Shown here piece after piece: positions 39,371 to 49,469 of a stretch of DNA of 64,000 nt (positions within the stretch are counted from its first letter, which is position 1; each line of letters starts with the position of its first letter). A program made the position numbers and the translations under genes. The notes under the pieces are model-generated. The model was not told the DNA's origin, ran no database searches, and worked only from the letters and a program-made list of their open reading frames with translations. The stretch comes from Lama guanicoe (lineage: Eukaryota): NCBI GenBank assembly GCA_013239625.1, contig MU054400.1, positions 4,217,802-4,281,801 on the forward strand, written 5' to 3'.

Positions 39371-42300
39371 GAACCATCTCCTCTCTTCGCTTGTTCAGGA
39401 TTGCAGACATAAGTCTGAGTCACCGTAAGAGCTTACTTCAATGTTTGCCACAGAAGGATGCTCCAAATAGCTGGTATCACCTGACAGGTAAGAGGTGAGA
39501 GGGGCTAAAACTAAAGGTTAGATGATTGCTGTTTTTGTAAAAGAGACGTCTATGAAAATGGCCTCAAATATCCCGGAAATGATCTTTATCATGGCGCTTA
39601 GCAATGTCTGATCAGTGATAAAAAAAAAAATACACAGTAGGATTTAGTTGTGAGATATTACTCTGTTCTGGCATCCGAGAACCCACAAACACCAGACAGA
39701 ACTTGCCATATTTAAATGTAGAGATAAACTTATAAAAATTCATATTGATAACCAGAGAATCTAAAGGTGTCTGTAAAGTCTGGAAACAGGAAATGCTTTG
39801 TCTTTTGTTACAGATTGAAGAGGTCCTTGATGACGTGTGTCTTCACCTGTTTGCAGACATGAAGACTGGCCCTGTTTGCTTAAGGACAACTCGGCAAAGC
39901 TACATCTAGTTTATATCAACACCAGTGAGAGAAACTGAGTCTTTGATCCACTTGATACAATTGGACTCACAGCAGTACGAAATCACCAAAATAGAGTTTT
40001 GACAAACGCCAGGTCAAAAAAATGTAAGCATGTGATTTTCTTATGGAGTCCAGGCTCCTGGAATGGGGGAAGGAAAGATTTCCAGCATCTCCGGCTGCAT
40101 CCGTTGCATGCATATTACACAGGGTTTGGAGGTAGCCCTCCAAAATATTAGCTGAAAGCTTCCTCGGAAAGCAAATCTTTCCCACATCCTTCCCTGCAGT
40201 TCCTCTTTAAGAGGTGTCAGCATGGCTGAAAGAATGAAGTGGCTGCACATTGTCTGGCAGTGCTATTATGTGCTTAACATTTCCATAACAAAAGTGCCAC
40301 TCGACTTCTCCCCGATTAATGCAGCTCGAGGGCTCTTGTCGTCCTTTAATAAAACATTGTTGAAATCATTTATTTAGAGCCCCTGGTTACTAGTGGGAGA
40401 ATGACCATCTTTGTGCCAAAATATAGTGTATACAGTCCACTATTTTGTAGTAGATCATTCTGTTATTTGAGAAATTGATTAAATGGATGCCTTAGAAGGT
40501 ATTCATGCTAATAGCACATTACTTATGTCATTCAGATAGTCAAGGGTGAAGCTTTTCAACTGTCCAGCAGAAGCAAGCCCTCAGATGCAATACAGTAACC
40601 ACTAACTCCACTTAAATCACAAGGCTGCAAGACCCAGTAGAAACCCAAGCTTCCCAGAACTGCTCTGGGGCCACAGGCGTTGTAACGCGACCTTGCTTTG
40701 GGGAGCTGGGAGACACCGGGTCAACTGACAACATTCTGAAGGTCCTTGGTGTAAGAGGTCAAAGAACAAATAATGTCTGCTTTTCTTTTTACGGGCTCAA
40801 GAAGGGATACACGAGCTTACGTTTGAGAACTTCCATCGTTGAAAGCAGCGAGCTAATACGGCAAAGCCAAAGTTGAAAGTCGAAAGATTTGCAAGGCAGA
40901 GTTTGATGCCTCTGCAGGTTCTCCTGGCATTTGCCCCTCTTTGTATTCTATATAACACGGCATTGCTGGGATGGAGTTGGGGTGCAAAGGCTGGGAGGGG
41001 TGAGGAAGGGACTCCCCGCCTCCACACACTTTCTCTTGACTCTTCAAGGGAGAGAGACTGCTGGTTCTGAGTCTTATCTTCACCCACGTGGACCCAGGAG
41101 GGGAGAGCTGCAGTGCACCCCAGATGTGTCAGAGCTGGTGGCCCCTTAAGTTTGGGACAGTTGGCACTGGCAGCTGCTTCCTGACTTAGGAACATTTCTC
41201 AGGGCTCTGCGCATGCTAAGGGATGTCCTGCGCCTTGGTGCAAGAATTTCGTTCCCTCCAGCCATTTTTCCACTTGACATACGTGTACGGCTTGCGGACA
41301 TCGCTAGATATTGTTGGAAATAAACAGAGACCTTATGTTATGTCCATTGTGGTTATACACAAAAGCGTTGCCGTGTGCTTGGGTGAGCAGTGAAGCCTGA
41401 ACCTCCTTCCATTTACTGTATGGTCACTGTCAGCTCAATGAACTGCCCCCTTGTTCTCCACCATTGTCCCACACTCCCTTAAACATTTGTCACTAAAGTG
41501 CCTCCAAAGACAAATAAACTGTCACTGAGAATGCAAACCTGCTAAGGGGGAAATGAGAGCGGCCCGGAGGATGCAGATTTTTTTCCAAAAGGAGTTGCTT
41601 TCACCCTGGAAGGCTTCTGTTAGCAGTGTGGCACTTTTTAAAGAATCCCCAGGAAAAGCCAGCAATACCCTTTCTTTCAATAATGGTACTTCCAGGCATT
41701 CTCCATGAGACATTTGGCCGTCTCAAATGTCCAAAATTCCAAAGGCTCCCCAGAGAGCATGAGATATTACAGATGTCAACATCTGTAAAAATCCTTTCTG
41801 CCTAAGAGCAGATGGCGACCCACACAATCCTGTAACCTAACATCTCAGCAACCTGTCTTGGAATCCACTAGGTCTGCAGAGGGTCGAGGGGGCTTCTGAG
41901 CTCCAGGGTAGAACTCTTTAAATTAAAGTGGACCACCGATCAGTGTTCACTTTCTTCAAGGAAGAAGGCATAAAGTCTCGTGTCCTTGCTCCCCCAAGAG
42001 TGAGCTGTGTTGATTTAGTCCAGGCAGAGGCTTTTGACAGGACCCTGTAAAATCGAGTCGTGAGTTTATTGTAGCAGTTAATTATCAGGCCTTTTCTAGT
42101 GCTAATGCCTTTTACTCCTTACTGGGGAAAACTGGGCCTTTTACTGGGACAAAGACTTAACTTTTCGTCAAGAATGTGTTAAAATAACACGAGGAAGAGA
42201 TGATTTAAATATATTTAAGGACAAACGCAGACGCATTGCTGACGTCGTTTTGTAAAGAAAGCTGATTTCATTTACAAGTCCCTTGGAATACCCTTTGTTC

Positions 42301-43579
42301 GCTTCCCAAAGAAACAACGCTTGCAACTTTATTTTAACAAAATGTTTACTTAACCATTCAGGTGACGGGGTTCTAGCCACATACCACTCTCCTGGGCTGG
42401 TCTGACACTCCAACTATCTCAGACTTTCTGATGCTACGCAAATATGATTCTTGGTTTTAGATCTAATAAGAAGTGCCTCGAAGCCCTTCATACAAGCTGG
42501 GCAAAGAGCGAGTTAGAGGCAAAAGAAACCTGGCAAGAAGGGGGTGGGAGTGGGTGGGAGGAAGCTGGAAGGGGGCATAGCTTTGTTAATTACTTCAGGC
42601 AGCAGAGAAATCTGGTTATGTTTTCTCAGCACATGTTAATATCATAGAAAGAGACACAAGATCTTGCTAATCTGTCGACCCCTCAGACGAAGTTTATTTG
42701 TGGTGACTTTTAAACTCCTGACTTGCCTTCCAATCACCGAGTTTAAAATGAAAAGCTTTAAATAAACACCAGGAATAGAAGATAAATAAACTTTTTTTCC
42801 CCCTTGCAAGTGCCTAGCTTGGCGAGGTTCAGACTCAAATCCCCAGAGGACAGAGCGCTCTCTTTTGTGTTAATGTTTAAAAGATTTTCCAATGCCGGAG
42901 TTTATTCCTACTGCAAACATTTCTATTTACAAGGTCAAGTGTATCAGCACTCGACACAGCTTAAGAGTGTAATTATTTATCTAAGGGCGTTTGAGTGTAG
43001 ATCAGTAGCCCTGGCAGGAACCCAGCCTCCAGCCCACTGCTAAACAACTCCTCACAACAATATTACAAGTTCTGGTAATTGTTCCTCTCCCCAGTGTGTT
43101 TACTTTTGCCCGCCCGAATGTTTTGTAACAAAATTTTGTACTTTTTCACCCAAAGTGTGAAAATGACTTTGAAGTTGAGTCTCCCAGGTTTCCTAAGGCC
43201 TATTGGTAACAGATGTTATTGGCATGTTTGATTGTATGAGAAAAGTCTAGTAGCCAAAGAGGACACTCCTGAGGGTGGGGAGAGAGGGGGTCCCAGTGGA
43301 AAGGGGGGGAGGGGAAAGAGATGTCCGGGTTATCCCCAAATTATGTGAATTCTCTCCGCAAACCAATGGGAGACCAGTCAATTATATCTTTTTAGCTGCC
43401 TCATTTACAGATGTCTAATTGTTCATTAAATTGAAGGCAGAAATAATAGCTCTCCTTTCTTGTCTTGTACTGTATTTTAATTTCAGTTGATGGTTGATAG
43501 ATTCCCAGTGGCCCCTCCACCCCCCTCCTCACCCATTACCGGGTTAACCACAATGTAACTCTGGAAAGTAACTACACCA

Positions 43580-44882
43580 TATTCATTATTTAAAACTCTT
43601 TACTGATGTACACATTTTAATAAAACAAATAACCAAAAAAATACACAGAGCCATAGTTACTTAAAACATAGGACTTTTTAAAAAACAATGTCTATAAAAA
43701 TACAATGTTTAAGGCAGTTTGGAAATGCATTTATACATTTCTACAATGTCCATAAATTCTCTTGAAAATAAGAATGTTAACTTCAATCTATAAAATACAC
43801 TGTACATTTAAAAACTCTTCTAGAGCACACTTCACAATGGATTGCGGTTTTGGATCCCTGGTGATAAACAGATTCTTTACATTTCAGAGAGGAAAGGTGT
43901 ACCATGGATGTGGATTTAAATTTTTTAATTTCTTTTTAAAAATAAATTATTTCTGAAGCATACAATTTATAAAAATTCTATATACAAAATACAGCAACTG
44001 GTAACAAACCCCAGTTTTAATACACTTTATATACGAAGTACCAGGGATAAGCACCCTGATAAAAGCAGAGGCAATATATGTTCCCCGCGTATTTGTACAT
44101 ACAATTTCTTGATGTAAAGAACAAAAATGACAACAAAACAAACACCATTAAGAAGCTTTCTTAGATGGCAGTGCAGAGCTCTTTTAAATAAAAAGTTGCA
44201 TTCTTCAACACCACCAGCAACCCTTGAGATCAGCATTTTTGGACCCTTAATCCTAGGAAATGTGCTAAGAGACAGAGTGGTGGCAATGATATTGAAGTCA
44301 AGGGCTCAAAGTTACCCAAAACTAACTCAGGAAAATTAACCCCTCTCATGCCCAACCCCCTCCCCTCGGGGGTAGGGGGGACTGAGAATTCTGGGCGCTG
44401 ATATCAAGAGTACACGAATGAATCGGTTAGGATTGCAGTGTCCTCACTGGCCACGATAAAAGTCGATACCGGCACTCCCCCCCCCCGCAGGAGAAATGCT
44501 AATAAACAGCCCCTCTGCAAATATAAATCCTCCTGCAAAACCCCTGCTCCAAGCCCAGTCCCATGACACTGTTAAGGCCCCCCTAGTCGGCATCCTCTCT
44601 TCGGAGTCCGGGACTACGGTTCTGCCCCCCAAACCCGTTTCATCCCGGGCGTCCTGAGCTCACGCTAGGCCGGTTTCTGCAAGGAGTTTCTGGAGCCTGG
44701 AATGGGGGCAGGGGAGGATGTCCAAAAAGTCCTGCTCGGGAGAGGAGGCGGGGAAGCCGGCTAGGCAGAATCTACCTAGGAAACGTTTTGCAAAGCATCC
44801 CCAACCATCCATCCACTCTGTCCCCGAGCCACAGGTGCCCCGGCGCCGGCCCTCCCGCTGCCGACGGCGGGGGGCGCGAAGG
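43580..44882 (-). other. GAS1: GAS1 3' UTR (about 1.3 kb, distal part AU-rich)
   Basis: Repeat-free sequence downstream of the TAG stop, ending at the polyadenylation signals. It contains miRNA seed sites and a Pumilio element. Confidence 0.75.
43599..43621 (-). terminator. Probable GAS1 polyadenylation signals (ATTAAA 43616-43621, AGTAAA 43599-43604)
   Basis: The minus strand reads TTTTATTAAAATGTGTACATCAGTAAAGAG, with U-rich sequence upstream, a UGUA motif and GU-rich sequence downstream. Confidence 0.65.
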
Positions 44883-45650
44883 CTAAAAGAGCAGCGGGAG
44901 CAGCAGCAGCAGCAAGATGGAGGCGAGCGGGGTCCAGGCGCCTCGGGACGCCGAGCGGCAGCCACCGCCGCTGCTCCGGCGCCCGGGCCCGTAGGGCAGG
45001 TCCCCGCGGCCGCCCGCTGCCGCCGCGCCGCCGCCCGGGCGCGGCGGGTGCGGGACGCCGTCGTCGTCATCCAGCGGCTGCTCGCCGCCCGCGCCCCCGG
45101 CGCGCTGCTCGTCGTCGTACTCCTCGTCGTAGTAGTCGTCCAGGCCCCCGTCCGAGCCGCTGCTGCCCGGGCCGTTGCCCAGCTCGGCGCCGAAGCACAG
45201 GCGGGCCATGTTCTCCTTGACCGACTCGCAGATGGGCCGCTCGAGGCCGTCGCACACGCAGTCGTTGAGCAGCGCCGCCTTGGGCACGGCCAGCATGTCC
45301 TCGATGACCGTGCGGCACTCGTCGGTGCAGCGCAGCCCGTTGAAGAGCTTGCCGCAGTAGGTCAGGTAGCGGCTGAGCGCCAGGTTGCAGCGGCTGTCGC
45401 GGTCGCAGCGCCGCCGGGCCTCCGTGCAGCCCATGACCCCGCCCGCGCCCGGGCCGCCCGCGCCGCTGCCGCTCGTCCGGGGCAGGCACGGCTCAATGGC
45501 GCGCTTGGTGGACTTGCAGTTCTCGTCCTGCGCGCAGTCACAGTCCTCCAAGGCGGGCCCGCGGCGCGTGTGGTTGAGCTGAATGAGAGCCGAGATGCAG
45601 TGGCTCGGGCAGCGCCAGCGCGACGAGAAGGAGGCGGCGGAGGCCGGGAA

Positions 45651-45681
<31 letters not shown>

Positions 45682-45941
45682 GCCCCCGGCGGGTCGCCCC
45701 CGCCGCGCTGCGCCAGCACCGGCGCGCACGCCTCGGCGTACTGGTTGTAGGCGTAGCTGCACTCCGGCTCCCCCTGGCACTGCAGCAGCGCCTGCCAGCA
45801 GATGAGGCGGCGGCCGTGCGCCAGCCCCGAGCCCCGCGGCGCCGAGCCCAGCAGCTGCAGCAGCGCCATCAGGCACAGCCAGGCGCCCAGCACGGTCCCC
45901 CCGCGGGCCCCGCCGCCGCCGCCCAGCAGCCCTGCCACCAT
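44883..45941 (-). CDS. GAS1: Growth arrest-specific protein 1 (GPI-anchored Hedgehog co-receptor with GFRalpha-like Cys-rich domains), single exon, 352 aa
   Basis: The ORF MVAGLLGGGGGARGGTVLGAWLCLMALLQLLG...RRLICWQALLQCQGEPECSYAYNQYAEAC...CTEARRRCDRDSRCNLALSRYLTYCG...LASILLLLLLPLLF is near-identical to mammalian GAS1 as recalled. It has a signal peptide, two Cys-rich domains, an NHT sequon, an RGD motif, an acidic linker and a hydrophobic GPI signal. The Kozak context is strong (GCGATGG). Confidence 0.99.
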
Positions 45942-46636
45942 CGCGGGCAGCGGCGGCCGCCGGGCGAGGAGCGGAAAGGAGACGAGGCGCGGGGAGCGGC
46001 GGACGCGGAGCCGGCGGAAAAGTTTGCCTCAGTCCTGCCAACTTCTTGCATGAGTGTTTTCATAAATCCATGCGCGCCGCCGGCTGGTGCCCCGCTGCTT
46101 GCAGAAGGTCGGCTCTGGCCCGGGCAGCGGGGGCTTCCTGGTTGTGCACGGCCGCGGAGAGCCCCTCCGGTCGGCCCCCGGCGGTGGCGGGAGGCGCTCA
46201 CTGCCGCCCCGGGGGGCTGCGGGCCGCGGGGCCGCGGCGGGGCTGCGGGACCGCGCGGCGCCGCGGGTGCATTTTGTTCCGCGCCTGCAGATCCGTTGTG
46301 CGGCCGCGGCGGCTCCTTCCTCCCGGGCTCAGCGCCGCCCCGCCGCCGCCACCGCCGCTGCCGCGGGCTCTCGCATCGCGCCGCTTCCTGGCTCGCGTCC
46401 GGGCGCTGCCCGCCTTCCCGCGGCCCGGCCGCCCGCGTCCCCTCCCCCTCCGCCCGCGGCGACCCCGGCCTCGGCCGAGCTCCGGGGCGTTCTTTCCGGG
46501 CGGCGCGGGGAGAACGAGAAACTCCGCGCGGCCGGAGCGCGGCTCCCGGGCTTCCCTCGGCGGCGGCTTCTCGGGTGACAAGGAGCCCAGGGAGCGGATC
46601 CGCTGAGCCCGGCTGCGGACTCGCTCGCGGCGAGGC

Positions 46637-46859
46637 TTTAAATACAAAAGTGGGCCGGGAGCCCCCGCGTGGTGCCGCGGTGCCCCCTCATTATGCATGC
46701 ATGGAAAAGCAAACAAACAAAAACATTAGCAACGCTCCTCCGGCTCGCCCAGCCCTGGCCCCGCGCGCTCCGAGCCTGCCCGCTTTCTCCTTTCTCCACT
46801 CTCTTTCGCCCTTTGCTCGGCCCCCTTTCCCGGCTTTTCGAGATGCTATTGGTCCCGCC
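46637..46859 (-). promoter_or_regulatory. GAS1 proximal promoter motifs: TATA-like TATTTAAA (46637-46644), CCAAT (46848-46852), GC box GGCGGG (46854-46859)
   Basis: Motifs read on the minus strand in the usual order upstream of the leader. The TATA-like box is an AT island in GC-rich sequence and implies a TSS near 46610. More 3' TSSs are possible. Confidence 0.6.
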
Positions 46860-47513
46860 TGTTGTTGTTGAAACTTTTTTTTTTTTTTACGAGCCGCTGG
46901 AGTGAGGTTGCGGAGTGGGGGAGGGCGGGGAGGGTGGTGGGCCGCTCACATTCAGGCATTCAGGGCTTGAAAGAAACGGCTTAAGGAGCCTGACAGAGGC
47001 CCGGGAGCTCCTCCTACTCTTAAGGAGGCTCGGATATGGAGCCCCTGCTCGTGCACAGAACCAGCGGGCAGGGCTCAGGGGCAGCTGTTTGCATCCGGCT
47101 TGGCCACGGTCCTTTCTGTTTGGTTCTTTTTCCTTTATTATTATTATTATCTTGGTACTTAAAAAAAAAACCTCTCCCTGGCCCCTATCCGTGCTTTCGA
47201 CTGGATTCAGAATTCAGTTTGTTTTTCGAGTTCCCCATCTTCACTTGATCATCACAGGGGGAGGAGGGAGGGAAATCAGAGAATTTATTGCGGGACTTTG
47301 AAACTTAAAAAAAAAATCCAGATGCAGACAAGAAAGAGGCACACGCTTTAGTTAGGGGGATACTGATGAGATATTTACAAACCTCTCTTCCCCACCCCTG
47401 CCCAGCACCGGAGTCCCAATTTACCGATCTGGCTCCTGACCCAGGAATCGTTGTCAGCTGCAAGACAGAAATCCAGTAAGCCAAATTAAATTTTTTAAAG
47501 AATACAAGTTTCT

Positions 47514-47544
47514 ATACTTACCTGGCAGGGGAGATACCATGATC
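47514..47544 (+). pseudogene. 3'-truncated U1 snRNA retro-pseudogene (U1 nt 1-31)
   Basis: ATACTTACCTGGCAGGGGAGATACCATGATC is the U1 5' end. It is flanked by 15-bp direct repeats AGAATACAAGTTTCT (47499-47513) and AGAATATAAGTTTCT (47546-47560), and preceded by a TT/AAAG L1-endonuclease-like site. Confidence 0.92.
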
Positions 47545-48242
47545 GAGAATATAAGTTTCTAACACGGACGGTGATGAAAAAATAATCATAGTATTGAAAA
47601 TCTTGAGGAATGTTGAGCGGTGCCATCTGGCCGCAGTCACAACCTAGAGGGAGGGGATAAATTGGCATCCTCCAAAGTTTTTATTAAAGGGTATGTTTCA
47701 ATCCATTGCTCGGTTTAAGGGAAACCGCCGGGGTACAGCAGCCTCTGCAATCCAGGCGCGGGACTCTGCGGACTACCTTAACTGCGGCGCAACGCAGCCT
47801 TCGACCACCAGAGGCATCGGGCGTCTGCGGCCTGTCAAAAACTGGCGCTTTTTTCCTCCCCTTTCCGTGGAGAGACTATCAACTCCATCTGTCACAAAAA
47901 TTAAGGCTAAATCTCCTCTCCAGAAGCAGAGGGAGCCGGGGCTCCGATGAGCACAGGGTTCGGCTGTCCGCCTCTCCCCGGGGGCCCGGTGAATTTGAAG
48001 TGGCAAAAGTCAGATGGAGACACAGCGTCTGCAGACTTAGCAGGCTGCAGGAAAGTCTCCTGTTCCTACAGAGCCTGCCGCATTCCTCAGAGGTTCAGGG
48101 TCTGCCTTAGGAAGCAAGCCCTCTGCAATCCCCAAAACAAAACTAAAATAAACCTTAAAGGAACGGGGCTGAAGGAAGACAGACCATGTTGCTCTGACTT
48201 GAGTCATAGAAAACACACCAACAACAATATCAATCTATATTG

Positions 48243-48478
48243 AAAGAAAGGAAAGGGAAGGAAGGAAGAAAGGAAGGAAGGAAGAAGAAGGAAAGAGAAA
48301 GAAAGAAAGGAAGGAGGAAGGAAGAAAGGAAGGAAGGATGAAGAAGGAAAGAGAAAGAAAGAGGAAGGAGGAAGGAAGGAAGGAAAAGAAAAGAAAGAGA
48401 AAGAAAAGGATGGAAGGAAGGAAGAAAGAAAGGAAAGAGAGAGAAAGAAAGAGAGAGAGAGGGAGGGAGGGAGGGAGG
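48243..48478. repeat. Almost pure-purine (GAAG/GAAA/GGA)n low-complexity tract, about 235 bp
   Basis: Direct reading; only about two pyrimidines interrupt the tract. Confidence 0.95.
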
Positions 48479-49469
48479 TTGCAGCTGTGTGGTCCATCAG
48501 GACAACATTTCCCGGGCTCTGGGTCTTTTTGGTTATTTGGAATTGGAGTCTCAGTCTTGCCAGGAGGGCCTGGACAAGTCACACTCCTCTGTGACTTGGA
48601 CCCTTCACGTGTAAGGTTCAAGTCCAGACTGGACATTTGGGAAAAGTCCTTTCATTTTTAATGCTCTGTGATTTTAGGCTCCTAAGAACAAGGTCAACAT
48701 TCAGCTGCATCTTTCAGCTAATGTTTGTTGAGTTCCTTGCGATTAGTAGGTCTCAGACCTTTGTGAGCTTGAGACTCGCCTGGTGGCCTTGTTCAAACCC
48801 AGGTTGCCGGGCCCTCTCCTGGAGGTCCCGATGCAGTAAGTAGGAAATTGGGGTGGGGGGAGGGGGCAGTAAGGGAGGGTATAAGAATCTGCATTTCTAA
48901 CAAGTTCTCAAGGAACGCTGCTGCTTCCTGTCTGGGAACCGGATTTTGAGAATGACTGCTCTGGACGTCCACATGTTTTTTGGGGTTTTTTTGTTTTTTG
49001 TTTTTTTGTAAAACTTGTCCCATCCTGGCCTTGAGATCGCTCTCAGTGGGATGTAAAGACCTGAGGGCTATGAGAGCTCTGGGGTCACCTCCTGGCACCC
49101 CAGTCTCATGGCATTTCAGGCCTGCATGGCTGTCAGCTGCCAGAAAGAGGCTCTGATGATGAAAGAGAAGGAAGGAGGCCCCTCTGTAAGCCCCAGAGAC
49201 CTAGTACCCCCTTGTCTCATATCCAGGTTTTCATTGACAGCAACAGACCTCCAATCCATCCCTCATCACCCAGACAGTAATCCCCACATCACTCTGTACA
49301 TCTCTTAAACTGACTTAATTCCCACTATGAGCTCCCCACCCCCACTCCCCCCCCAAAACCCACTTTTTCCACTGGAGCTCTCAATTTGTTCTTGGCAAAA
49401 TCTCCAATATCCCCAACCTGCTTTCTGAGCTGGAGCCTCGCCTTTTTGCTCTAAAACCTGGCTGGAAGC

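Larger units (their letters stand above)
44580..47050. promoter_or_regulatory. CpG island covering the GAS1 promoter, 5' UTR and CDS
   Basis: Very high GC and CpG density compared with the CpG-depleted flanks. Boundaries are approximate. Confidence 0.93.

Noticed and set aside
45942..46376. N-terminally extended GAS1 from the in-frame ATG at 46376
   Set aside because: In-frame TGA stops occur at 46331-46329 and 46031-46029.
44660..46716. Several other 100-190 aa ORFs overlapping GAS1 on both strands
   Set aside because: They are expected in very GC-rich DNA, many have non-ATG starts, and the products are low-complexity.
47514..47544. Functional U1 snRNA gene
   Set aside because: Only 31 of about 164 nt are present, with no Sm site or snRNA promoter/3' box, and TSDs flank it.
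48204..48661. Phe/Ser/Leu-rich and Lys/Arg/Glu-rich ORFs
   Set aside because: They are artefacts of the GA low-complexity tract, which lacks stop codons.
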